Shown here: piece by piece, positions 9,730 to 20,635 of the stretch
Position numbering within the stretch: the stretch's first letter is position 1
Layout: each line of letters opens with the position of its first letter
Source of the DNA: Octopus sinensis
Lineage: Eukaryota
DNA length: 26,196 nt
Assembly (NCBI RefSeq): GCF_006345805.1
Contig: NW_021835577.1
Span: 1 to 26,196, forward strand
Direction of reading: 5' to 3'
Translations under genes and position numbers: made by a program
Notes under the pieces: generated by a model
Seen by the model: only the letters and a program-made list of their open reading frames with translations
Told to the model about the DNA's origin: nothing
Database searches by the model: none

Positions 9730-9847
9730 CAAATATATACACATATATGTACACACATACAAACATACACACACACACTTATATATATATATATATATAT
9801 ACATACATACATACATACATACATACATACATACATACACATACATA
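9570..9847. repeat. Compound (TA)n/(CA)n/(TACA)n microsatellite
   Basis: Seen directly. Confidence 0.95.
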
Positions 9848-10027
9848 GATAACTGTATGTAGGAGGAGAAGAAACTTGTATGACGAGTGTCTGCTCGGTT
9901 GTTGACTAATTGAACGTCTTCATTGCTCATTACAATGTTAATGTCTGATGTTTTTGTGTAGAGCAAAGCTGCGTTAATTACATTCCACAACCAATATGAA
10001 TAATTACAAATAATATTAGAACATTAT

Positions 10028-10325
10028 GTGGAGGCGCAATGGCCAAGTGGTTAGGGCAGCGAACTCGCGGTTTCGATTCCCAGACTGGCCGTTGTGAGTG
10101 TTTATTGAGTGAAAACACCTAAAGCTCCACGAGGCTCCGGCAGGGTGGTGGTGGCGATTCCTGCTGTACTCTTTCGCCACAACTTTCTCTCACTCTTTCT
10201 TCTGTTGGCCTGCTCGCTTAGCCAGCGGGATGGCGTCATTTGAAGACTAAAACAATGCGAAGCGCATTGTGACCAGCGATGTGTAACAACAACTGATAGC
10301 CTGGTCGGTCACGGTGATCACGGTG
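10028..10325 (+). mobile_element. SINE family C with tail 1
   Basis: Head gtggaggcgcaatggccaagtggttagggcagcg, B box ggtttcgattcc. 13-bp TSD attagaacattat (10015-10027) / attagaacataat (10326-10338). Confidence 0.9.
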
Positions 10326-10334
10326 ATTAGAACA

Positions 10335-10403
10335 TAATAATAATAATAATAATAATAATGATGATGATGATAATAATAAAATAATAATATAATAATAATA
10401 ATA

Positions 10404-10446
<43 letters not shown>

Positions 10447-10460
10447 TGATGATGATGATG
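10335..10460. repeat. (TAA)n/(TGA)n microsatellite
   Basis: Seen directly. Confidence 0.95.
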
Positions 10461-10798
10461 GTGGCCACCACAAAGGTTCGGCTTGTTATGCGCTGTAGCA
10501 CCTGATCCTAACAGATCAAGGAGGAAGGTAAATAAAAATAGATAAATACAACCCTCTCAAGTACGAAATAGTTTGGCTATGGCAAATGAAGGAGCGGAAG
10601 ATGGGGCCAATTACTGTTGGGTCCTTGGGGAACAGTACGAGAAGGCATCAAGGAGAATATCAAGGAAATTGGAATAGAATTCCCTAGTGGAACTGCCTCC
10701 TTGCCATGATCAGAACAATCAGGAAGGCGCTAGAGAGTCGAAAAGAACAGATACCGTGGTACCGTAGGCAACGGGCAGCAAGACTCCAGGAGTTCCAA
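10461..10798 (+). mobile_element. Decayed 3' end of an RLE-type LINE (R4/Dong-like), restriction-like endonuclease C-terminus
   Basis: Frameshifted translation IDKYNPLKYEIVWLWQMKERKMGPITVGSLG / TVREGIKENIKEIGIEFP / IRTIRKALES fits the K..KY..L..EI..LW....PI.VG.LG...R..RK.L pattern of R4/Dong ORFs. Confidence 0.75.
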
Positions 10799-10878
10799 CA
10801 AATCCTCCTCCTTCTTCTCCTGCTTCTTCTTCTGCTTGTTGTTGTTGTTCTTCTTCTTACTCTTTTCTTCTCCATTAT

Positions 10879-11090
10879 GGCGGCGAGCTGGCAGAATCGT
10901 TAGCACGCCGGGTGAAATGCTCAGCGATATCTCGTGTCTTTATGTTCTGATTTCAAATTCCGCCGAGGTCGACTTTGCCTTCCATCCTTTCGAGGTCGAT
11001 AAATTAAGTACCAGCTGTGTACTGGGGTCGATGTAGTTGACTAAACCCCTCCCCCCCAAACTGCTGGCCTTGTGCCAAAATATGAAACCA
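10879..11090 (+). mobile_element. SINE family B with B2 tail
   Basis: Colinear with 2221-2437. Core gccttccatcctttcgaggtcgataaattaagtaccag. Confidence 0.9.
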
Positions 11091-11219
11091 ATATTTTCTA
11101 CTTCTTTTCCTTTACTCTTCTTCTATGTTTCTCTTTTTCCTCTCTCCTTCTTCATCGTTTTTTCTTCATTTCTGTTCCTCCTCCTCCTCCTCCTCATTCT
11201 CATCCTCTCACACATCTTG

Positions 11220-11592
11220 AGGCTCTACTTTGATGAGACCATCTTTACTTCAGTCTCTGCAATGTGACGCCAATTATTCACCAACCATTTCTCCAAAGAA
11301 CATCCTCGAAGCCAACTTTTCTTGCAACCAAACCATTTACATTAATGACTTTCGTTGGCGCAGTTTTTGAAGCCACTCAAATCATTGACGCATTCAGCCA
11401 GAACCATTCAGTTAGATTGCCTCCCTTATCCATTTGCTTCTTACAGATTCAAGAATATTTTCAACTGCTTCTTTAATTTTGTTTCTAAAATTCTTGAAGA
11501 CTGTTGCCGACTCTTCTAGTTTGTAACTTTAAATAGCTGTAAATTGTTTGAATAAAATAGGCATTGGTCTTTGGTCTATGACTTGTAACAAC
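11220..11592 (-). mobile_element. Decayed Tigger/pogo transposase, C-terminal part
   Basis: Minus-strand fragments LLQVIDQ, KIKEAVENILES, AECVNDLSGF and VARKVGFEDV match the DDE_1 transposase C-terminus (LQPMDQG...W..CV.DF.GF...A..VGFEDV). Many stops and frameshifts. Confidence 0.65.
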
Positions 11593-11593
11593 A

Positions 11594-11775
11594 ATTTCGT
11601 CTGCCGCTACGTTCTGAGTTCAAATTCCGCCGAGGTCGACTTTGCATTTCATCTTTTCGGGATCGATTAAATAAGTACCAGTTAATCACTGGGGTCGATG
11701 AAATCGATCTAAAACCCTTGTCTGTCCTTGTTTATCTCCTCTGTGTGTAGCCCCCTGGTGGGCAATAAAGAAATA
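11594..11775 (+). mobile_element. SINE B1, 5'-truncated
   Basis: Starts mid-head (atttcgtctgccgctacgttctgagttcaaattcc) and ends gtgggcaataaagaaata. Confidence 0.9.
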
Positions 11776-11784
11776 AATGTTTTA

Positions 11785-11975
11785 TCGTTGTCGTCGTCGC
11801 TGTTTAACTCCGTTTCCAGGCTGGCATCGGTTGTATTGTCCGTCAGAGGACGGCACCGAGTTCCAGTGACTGCATTCGCATGGTTTCTACGACTGAATGC
11901 TCTTCCTAACACCAACCACTTTCCGGAGTCATCTGGGTGCTTGTTACATGGCGCCGACACTAGTGAGGTCGCCAA
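11785..11975 (-). mobile_element. RTE-related SINE/LINE fragment
   Basis: Minus strand has agtggttggtgttaggaagagcattcagtcgtagaaacc...gatgccagcctggaaacggagttaaa plus a (GAC/AAC) tail, resembling RTE-associated repeats. Confidence 0.5.
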
Positions 11976-12025
11976 ACAGCTCGCAAGGCAAGGCCTACCA
12001 ACTGAGTGGAGGTGTAGTGAAGAGC

Positions 12026-12062
<37 letters not shown>

Positions 12063-12097
12063 GTGCCGATGATGATGATGATGATTACGATGATGAT
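12026..12097. repeat. (GAT)n microsatellite
   Basis: Seen directly. Confidence 0.95.
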
Positions 12098-12099
12098 GG

Positions 12100-12705
12100 T
12101 GTAAAGATTAATACAAAAACATTTAAGATGGACGACACCATTAAACAGAGTCAAACTGCTTTGAAAGTTTAAAATTACTTTTTTTCGATAACTTTTAACT
12201 TCCGGACGAAAATGCGATGTGAGCCAATGTTTTTTTTTTTTATCAAAGTCTTTAGTGTGCCAAGCCTTCTTATTTGATCATCACATGACTGGGAAAGATT
12301 GTTTGAGTCAAAGATTCGCTTATCCTCAATTATTTTCATCGTTTATTTCATTGCGCTGCTCCACACTGGGCGGCTCCACTTTCATCTCTGCTCACAGCTT
12401 TCAGTTTTCTTTTCTTTACTTTTTTCGTTCAAGTTTTGAAATCTTTCAGCCGACATTTGCAACCTATCCTCTCCTCTCGTTTCTTTTGCTCGACAGAAAA
12501 TGGCTGAAGGCTTTGATCATATTATTGGTGCCAACTGGAATTCACTTCTGATTAGAATGTTTCATTAATAGAAGCCCCATCATTGGAGAAATCCCCATCT
12601 CATTCACTTTGCCTAACATAGTTCATATCGTAGATCCCTAAAGCCTTCCTCTTTTCTCACCTTGATTTTAGCGTCATCAACCTTTACTGCGCTTTCACTC
12701 ATTTC
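12100..12705 (-). mobile_element. Decayed Tigger/pogo transposase, N-terminal/central part
   Basis: In-frame SNKKAWHTKDFDKKKKHWLTSHFRPEVKSY (canonical NKKAWMT...W...HF.PEVK.Y), then LTLFNGVVH (degenerate LLLDNAPGH). CENP-B HTH-like remnants lie upstream. Confidence 0.72.
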
Positions 12706-13508
12706 AATGACAATAAATTTTCCTCTCTATATTACAGTATAACCGTTAACTTTTGCAAACATGATATTGTGATGGTCAGATTTTTTATTACAAAATTATG
12801 TGATGAATTTTAAATAAATGTGTAACGTGTTCGTTTACACTGGACACTGCCAAGATATTGTGGCGCAGTAGCAAAGGCGGGAAGACTCTGTCAGCTCAGC
12901 GGGTCATCTCCAGCTGTTTCCACGCCATTTTCAAAGCGCAGTAAATAGACGTTAAGCAAGGATTGATTACAATAAATTTAATCATGGTAATTAAATCCTC
13001 GTTCATCAAAACCGTGATAAACAGGGGATAGCTATGGCCTGTTCAGATTTTGCTTCTTATTCATTGAAAGTCCATTTATATCAAACAAGGATATCTAAAT
13101 AGAATGATTGAGTAATATTAGCGTCTATTAGCGTTAATTATTTCTTCATTGAAAACTTATTTCAGTGAAGTGATAAGGGAAGCAGTTATGGACCTTCTCT
13201 GTCTACTCTTTATTGTCGGAAGATATTGCCTGCAACGAAGTTCAGCCGAGCTTTGCGTTGTGTCATTGAGCGTAACGTAACCTCATGCAAAACTCATCGA
13301 CCTCAAAGTTCTTATTCTCTAATCCTTTAATTAGCGATTGCTATCTCCTATCTCCACCTCATCAAACGTCTTGGAAAGGGATGAGTTATCTAAAGGCTGT
13401 TATAGTTGTTGCCGACTTACTAACACCATTTTTCTGTAAATTCATCCTTACAGCTTACATTTTTAAGCGTAAAAATATTTCTTTTTTAACGGGAAGTTTT
13501 ATAAACTA

Positions 13509-13904
13509 CTAGCAGTATCGCCCGGCGTTGCTCGGTTTTGTAAGAGAAATAACTATATAAGCATTTTTAGAGATGTAAAGTATAATAGCCATCTCAATAT
13601 GGTTAACCACAAAGGGCGGGGGTGTTACTGTAGCTTTTTACGTTCTGAGATTTAATAATAAATTTTTAGAGAGTTACTTCCCTTATATATGCCAAAAAAG
13701 CATTAAAAATGGGAAAAATTGATGGTAATTTTTTTTAAATCGTAGACTCATCGTAGACGCGCGCTAATACCCAGAAGGGCTCGATATGAATGACGACTAT
13801 AAGATACCCGGTTTTGGTTAAACTGCACCGCAAAATGTGGGAGTAGTTAGGAATCTAAATCGTAGGAGACAGACAGCACACAACCTCTCTTTTATATATA
13901 AAGA
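13509..13904 (-). mobile_element. Complete non-autonomous Helitron (396 bp)
   Basis: Minus strand begins A|TCTTTATATATAAAAG and ends with hairpin ccgagcaacgccggg then cgatactgCTAG|T. Inserted between A and T with no TSD. Confidence 0.88.
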
Positions 13905-14249
13905 TATTAACAGTATTCAGAATCCATTCAAAGCAGACAATGAAAGGACAATTGCGCATTCTGTGGTCTTAACTTTGATAGTTTTATGATAAGCCATTAA
14001 TGCTAATCTATCAATGCTGCTGAGAATGGTTTCGGTTCCTTTATAAAAAGAGCAGACCTTGATGTAAAAACCAAACATATTTCGGGATGGGGGGTGTTCT
14101 AATGCTGCTACTGCTGCTGCTGCTACTGTTGTTGTTACTATTTGCAATATATTAGTTCCTTAAATTAGTGTTATTTAACCCCAGGACAGCTCTGGTTCAG
14201 TAAATCCCTAATAAAATAGCATTCTAACTGTGATATACACATATGTCAA

Positions 14250-14320
14250 TCAACTAAAAATTCTTCAATGCAGTGCCCCAGCATGGCCGCAGTCCAATGA
14301 CTGAAACAAGTTAAAGATAA
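14250..14320 (+). mobile_element. SINE A-type 3' tail fragment
   Basis: gtgccccagcatggccgcagtccaatgactgaaacaagttaaagata. Confidence 0.8.
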
Positions 14321-14760
14321 TGCGTGTGTGTGTACGTAAGTGTGCTAGAATGTCAGCCATCATATTACGGGTATATTTTAGTCACCTTTCGGGAAATATG
14401 ACCAACATACAATGATTATACTCTTTATCAAATTGCTTGGCGTTTGTACGAAATGATGAACTAAATTTGGTACTCACAAACCTAGAGTATCCTACCAACA
14501 CTTGGTGTATTCAATGTTGTTTACTTCACTGTCAGCTCTATGTTATCGTACCTAGCCATTTTTGGCGTCCTTCGAGTCCATGTGCCTTGATTCTTATTAA
14601 TCCTTATAACATAATACATACATATGAATTTTATGATAGCAGGCATAAATGTTGCTTGGTTGCTTGGTTGCTTGTTTTCAGAGAGAGGGGGAGGGTAAAA
14701 GAGAGATACAGAGACACCTAAGAAGTGCAGGATGAACGTCATAATTTTCTGAAGAATATG

Positions 14761-15170
14761 CATACCAATATGTACCAATACGTACCAGTACGTACCAATA
14801 TGTACCAATACGTACCAATACGTACCAATATGTACCAATACGTACCAGTACGTACCAATACGTACCAATACGTACCAATATGTACCAATATGTACCAATA
14901 CGTACCAATACGTACCAATATGTACCAATACGTACCAATACGTACCAATACGTACCAATACGTACCAATATGTACCAATACGTACCAATACGTACCAATA
15001 TGTACCAATACGTACCAATACGTACCAATATGTACCAATATGTACCAATACGTACCAATATGTACCAATACGTACCAATACGTACCAATATGTACCAATA
15101 CGTACCAATACGTACCAATACGTACCAATATGTACCAATACGTACCAATATGTACCAATATGTACTAATA
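14761..15170. repeat. 10-bp minisatellite (YGTACCAATA) x41
   Basis: 41 tandem decamers: 25 start CG, 15 start TG, 1 starts CA. Confidence 0.97.
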
Positions 15171-15172
15171 TC

Positions 15173-15403
15173 AAGGTGGTGAGCTGGCAGAATGGTTAGC
15201 ACACCGGGCGAAATACTTAGCAGTATTTCGTCTACCGTTACGTTCTGAGATCAAATTCCGCCGAGGTCGACTTTGCCTGTCATCCTTTCGGGGTCGATTA
15301 AATAAGTACCAGTTACGCACTGGGGTCGATGTAATCGACTTAATCCCTTTGCCTGTCCTTCTTTGTCCCCTCTATGTTTAGCCTCTTGTCGGCAATAAAG
15401 AAA
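15173..15403 (+). mobile_element. SINE family B1, full length
   Basis: aaggtggtgagctggcagaatggttagc...catcctttcggggtcgattaaataagtaccag...ggcaataaagaaat. Confidence 0.92.
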
Positions 15404-15846
15404 TGAATATGCAGTAATATGTACCAATAATGGTTTGGCACCGGAATTACCCCCTTTTTGGATTCGCTTGTTATAAATGTAGGGTTTGAAAAGCTGCTGA
15501 TATTGAAAAGAAAAATCAACAGTTCCATGCTAAAGCAGTTGACCCGTTTCCATGGTTACTGGTCAGTTACCTTGACCAGCATCAACACCTGAATGAGAGT
15601 GTTATGAGTGAAAATAATAATATTTCTCTTTAGCAAGAAAAAGAAATCAGCCCCTCCCCAGCCTCATCCGACCCAACAAAAAAGGACTGGCCCTTAACTT
15701 TCTTACCAAAAACAGACACATCGCTAATCTCCGCCCATTAGTTATACATCAAGGAAACAATGTCAAAGCGAAAAGAACAACCTGGAGAACAAATAAGATT
15801 TCAAGAGAGGAGCAGAAACGATGCCCAGAAAGGGATGTCATAAACT

Positions 15847-15953
15847 GGAACTCCGTCGGTTACGACGAGGAGTGTCACAGTTGATCCGATTAACGAACAG
15901 AACAGCCTGTTCGTGGAATTAACATGAAAGTGGTTGAGTACTCCACAGACACA
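15847..15953 (-). mobile_element. SINE C3-type tail fragment
   Basis: Reverse complement matches 19045-19150. Confidence 0.8.
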
Positions 15954-15954
15954 G

Positions 15955-16275
15955 CTTTGGCGAAAACAAGTTGTGTGGCGGATAGGACTGAAAAAGTATG
16001 GAGACAGACATGTACCACTTCGGCCAAACCCTCCTAGGCCCTTCCAGTTGTCACTTCGAAATGAAAGTAGAGGGAGGTAGGAAGAAGCTGCCCCCACATC
16101 CCAGTAAATTTGTTAAAAATGGGTGAAAATGGTGAACATGTCCCGAACGAATGAGTCTACTCTGGGATTGTGCCTAAAGACCAGGGAATAATTATTGGGA
16201 TAGAGCACTTAACCCTTTTATAGTCAAGGTGATTCCGGGATCTGCGGTGTTTCTTGATTAAGTCCGAGGTTCCAG
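15955..16275 (+). mobile_element. Decayed Tx1/L1-like LINE ORF2 C-terminus and start of 3' UTR
   Basis: Frameshifted translation KQVVWRIGLK / GQTLLGPSSCHFEMKVEGGRKKL..SKFV / KWVKMVNMSRTNESTL resembles the K..IW..R......F..KW terminal region of Tx1/L1 ORF2. Confidence 0.55.
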
Positions 16276-16482
16276 AGAACCTCTTTAGATACTCTGACTA
16301 AACATTTCCGTCTCGACGAGAACATTTCTTAAATTTTACTTTTCTCATTCTTTAGATTTCGGCGCAAACTCGCACACTTTTGCAATTGTCCATTTTTTTT
16401 TGTCTTCACATCCATCGCCCTTGAGATAAATAAAAGAAATTTCATTGCATTCTTGTTTTTGTTATTGATGTTGTTGTTGCTG

Positions 16483-16731
<249 letters not shown>

Positions 16732-16883
16732 GATTCATCCCGATCTGTTAACCAGAAGCGGTTGATCTAATATTCATAATAAAAGGTTTCCGGCAGCGTG
16801 TAAATTTAATTTCACGTGTACAGGCTAATTAGACTGTCTGATGTTAATAACTTCTGGACATTAACTACAAGTTAGAGGGCGCT

Positions 16884-16942
16884 CGGTGGCGGTGGCGGCG
16901 GCGGCGGCAGTGGTGATGGTGATGGTGGTGGTGGTGGTGGTG
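16884..16942. repeat. (GGC/GGT/GAT)n trinucleotide tract
   Basis: Seen directly. Confidence 0.9.
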
Positions 16943-17005
16943 GGACAATCGCTGTAGGATTAAGATCTCAATATTCCGAGAGCTTACAATTAATTTAACG
17001 GCGTT

Positions 17006-17007
<2 letters not shown>

Positions 17008-17068
<61 letters not shown>
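17008..17068. repeat. (GT)n microsatellite
   Basis: Seen directly. Confidence 0.97.
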
Positions 17069-17069
<1 letters not shown>

Positions 17070-17423
17070 TCGGACAAATGAGAGATCGTTACTGCACCGC
17101 AATACGTTGCACAGTTTATACATATATACACATATATAAAACGGAGCCATGCTGTTTGTTAGGTTTATGCAGAGCAGACAAGTTCAGAAATAGATTTATC
17201 TCCCTAGATAGAGAACTATCCAGATATGTCCCCCACCACACACACACACACATTATACATGCTGCCGTTGTTTTAACGACCATGGAGATCTGTTTTCAAT
17301 TCTGTTATTCGCTAATTCACAGAATAGTTAAAAACCTCTTTAAGAATTAACTATTGGCCATCAAATTGGTTGCCAGGGCGACAAGTGTGTAATATACAAC
17401 AACGAGAAAAACAGCAACAGCAA

Positions 17424-17806
17424 GTGGAAGCGCAATGGCCCAATGGTTAGGGCAGCGGACTGGCGGTCGGAGGATCGCGGTTTCGATTCCCAGACCGGGC
17501 GTTGTGTGTGTTTATTGAGCGAAAACACCCAAAGCTCCACGAGGCTCCGGCAAGGGGTGGTGGCGACCCCTGTTGTACTCTCTCGTTCCAACTTTCTCTC
17601 CCTCTTTCTTCCTGTTTCTTGTCCCCGACTTCCTACGCAACCGCTGAGCCTGGATGCGCATTCGTCCATCCGTCGATGCTCTCGGTGTATGGGGTCGACC
17701 TGCTTTCTCTTCTGCGGGTCTTACGAATAGCAAAGGACCACGTTTCGGACTTCCCCCACTACAGAGGCGCGATCTTACGAGCTCTAGGACGAAGATCACT
17801 TCGCTC
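17424..17806 (+). mobile_element. SINE family C with tail 2
   Basis: Same ~190-bp head as 18767 with an unrelated 3' half. Flanked on both sides by aacagYaacagYaa. Confidence 0.9.
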
Positions 17807-17933
17807 AACAGTAACAGTAACAGCAATAGTTACGACAACAACAGCAGTAACAGCAACAACGACATAGCTACAATCTCCATTTTCAATGGAGTCCTACCAG
17901 TTTCTGCTTTCACCCCAACACCATCACTTTAAC

Positions 17934-18078
17934 CGATACTTACTTTATCGACCCCGAAACGATGAAAAGCAAAAGTTGACCTCGGCGGAATTTGAACTCA
18001 GAAAATAAAGAACTGGGACAAATATTGCAAAGATATATTTGCCGATGTCCAAACGTTTCTGCCAGCTTGTCCCCTTGT
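17934..18078 (-). mobile_element. Degraded SINE B
   Basis: tttatcgaccccgaaacgatgaaaagcaaaagttgacctcggcggaatttgaactcag...ttctgccagct. Confidence 0.85.
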
Positions 18079-18109
18079 GCCGCCTTGTGCCGCCTGGACA
18101 TGATATTTC

Positions 18110-18325
18110 GTTCAAATTCTGACACAAAGTCAGCAATTTTGCGTGGAGGGAGTAAGTTGATTGCGACAGCTCCAGCACTTCACCGATACTTTATTTTATC
18201 GACCACAGACCGCTGAAAGACAATTAACTCCAGCAGGATTTGAGTCCATAACGTAAAGAGCCGGAAGAAATAGCGCTTGGCATTTTGTCCGACGTTCCGG
18301 CGATTTTATTAGATTGTCATCTTAT
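18110..18325 (-). mobile_element. Highly degraded SINE B (B2 tail)
   Basis: ttcaaattctgacacaaagtcagcaattt (B2 tail), tacttattttatcgacc and ggatttgagtc remnants. Confidence 0.7.
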
Positions 18326-18766
18326 ACCGTAAAAATTTAATGAGTTCAGAACGGCGGTCAATTACATCACCTCTACTCTCTACCACTGCAGTTGGTTGTT
18401 TATAGCTACGGCACGCTACAACAATCCTCATCACTACACGAAATGGTACTTGACAAATTACCCCACAAGCTTCCTGCTTGTGAGTTTCCGGCGCAGGAAT
18501 TGAACTAACATCGCTTTCATAAGTAGCTTTTATTTTGTCTTCAACCCGATTCCCAGGTATTTACTTGTCAGTCTTTTACAAACAAGTGCCAAGACCGTTG
18601 TCATTATATCAACGGAAAACAATTAACACAGTAAATCAACGTTGCAACAGGTGTTAAATATCGGTTAAATATGCTTTCGTAGATATCTTACGTGTAATTA
18701 CTGGTCAAGATCTTTGACGCGATACTTCATAATGGGTTTGTTTAAAGGAAGGGTATTATTGAATTA

Positions 18767-19150
18767 GTGGAGGCGCAATGGCCCAGTGGTTAGGGCAGCG
18801 GACTCGCGGTCATAGGATCGCGGTTTCGATTCCCAGACCGGGCGTTGTGAGTGTTTATTGAGCGAAAACACCTAAAGCTCCACGAGGCTCCGGCAGGGGA
18901 TGGTGGTGATCCCTGCTGTACTCTTTCACCACAACTTTCTCTCACTCTTACTTCCTGTTTCTGTTGTACCTGTATTTCAAAGGGCCGGCCTTGTCACTCT
19001 CTGTGTCACGCTGAATATCCCCGAGAACTACGTTAAGGGTACATGTGTCTGTGGAGTGCTCAGCCACTTACACGTTAATTTCACGAGCAGGCTGTTCCGT
19101 TGATTCGGATCAACCGGAACCCTCGTCGTCGTAACCGACGGAGTGCTTCC
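18767..19150 (+). mobile_element. SINE family C with tail 3, full length, 78-bp TSD
   Basis: A box tggcccagtgg, B box ggtttcgattcc. Perfect direct repeat at 18689-18766 and 19151-19228. Confidence 0.95.
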
Positions 19151-19661
19151 TACGTGTAATTACTGGTCAAGATCTTTGACGCGATACTTCATAATGGGTT
19201 TGTTTAAAGGAAGGGTATTATTGAATTAAGCCAAGGTTGGGAGATAAATAGTTGTTGTTAAAATAGTGGAGAATAAACTGGAAATTAGAGTGTTTTCGTT
19301 TTTTAGAGAGAAATGGTAAAAGAACGGGAATTTCGTGTTATATTCAAGCGTAGCGAGAACTGGAACGTGCCGGAGGTTTCCCTTTCTAGAAATTTCAGAC
19401 GCTTGCGTCGAAATATTTTTGTTGTTATGCTGCTAAGATCTACTTATTTATATACTAAAGCCAAGTTAGTGACGCTGCTGTGTGGTTAGTTGAAGGAGAG
19501 GGGAAAAGGAGGAGAGAGAAGAGAGTTAGCGGTGAGAGCAAGGAGAGAGCGTTGCTATTATGTAACGTGGTTGGTTAGTTGGAAAGGAGAGATAGAGATA
19601 AGGGGAAAAGGGATAGAATGTGATCAGCGCAGGGATCTGTGGTATAGCTGAAAGGAGAAGC

Positions 19662-19675
19662 AGAGAGAGAGAGAG

Positions 19676-19710
<35 letters not shown>

Positions 19711-19744
19711 AGAAAGAAAGGAAGAAAGAAAGAGAGAGAGAGAG
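19662..19744. repeat. (GA)n/(GAAA)n tract
   Basis: Seen directly. Confidence 0.9.
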
Positions 19745-19949
19745 GGGGGAGTGGTGGGTTAGCGAAGGGAAACGGGAGAGTGGAAAACGATATAACAGTG
19801 AATACTGTTTGGTAGGGACATTGGTGAACGGAGGCGGTGGTGGTACTTGGACAGTGAAATGTATAGTTTTTTTATGCTTTTTTAAATTTTTATATCACCC
19901 ATCACTTAACACATGGTCTTTAGTGCAATTAATTAATGTCCGCTCCGAG

Positions 19950-20469
19950 CGTATCACTTAGGTTTACGAGAGAAGGATGACCTCCCTTTGCAAATACCAT
20001 AAGGGCACAGAAAGTGTGCCTAAAGCCAGCTGGAGACGATGATCTCCTGGGGCTAAAAGCTACAGTAACACCTACCCTTAGTGGTTAGCCATATTGAGAT
20101 GGCTAGTATACTTTATGTTGTCGTGCAGTTACTGTTTACATCTCGTTCAGAGATTTATTATTGCTTGCAGACAGTTTTTCGAAATCAGTGATGGAAGTTA
20201 CTAGAAAAACAATAAGTATTTGCAAACAGGTCTTTCTTTTCATCGTAAACCGGTGATTACCGTGCGTTGACAAGAGGCAAACACCTCGAAACTGCAGTCC
20301 GTACGTATCACTTAGGCTTACGACAGAGGGATGACCTCCCTTTGCAAATACCATAAGGGCACAGAAAGTGTGCCTAAAGCCAGCTGGAGACGATGATCTC
20401 CTGGGGCTAAAAGCTACAGTAACACCCACTCTTAGTGGTTAGCCATATTGAGAGGGCTAGTATACTTTA
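19950..20469 (+). repeat. 166-bp direct repeats (19950-20115, 20304-20469), hairpin-rich and Helitron-related
   Basis: Two near-identical copies 188 bp apart. The last ~60 bp match 13576-13638 of the Helitron in reverse complement. Confidence 0.92.
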
Positions 20470-20635
20470 CAAAATTTATAGTTCTTTATAAAATATGGAC
20501 GACGACAGACGACAAAAGCTAAGAAGAGAAAGAAGGAGAAGGCTTAGGGTAGGGCGTGGACGAGAGAAGGTCAAGGAACCAAAAGGAGCGCGGGAAAAGC
20601 TTAGGAGAGAAACTAAGTTTGTGAGTGGGTTCATG

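Noticed and set aside
14521-15202. Long ORFs (up to 217 aa) of VRIGTYWY / TNMYQYVP repeats; also a CRISPR-like appearance
   Set aside because: They arise from a stop-free 10-bp tandem repeat open on both strands. There are no unique spacers or cas genes, and the context is eukaryotic.
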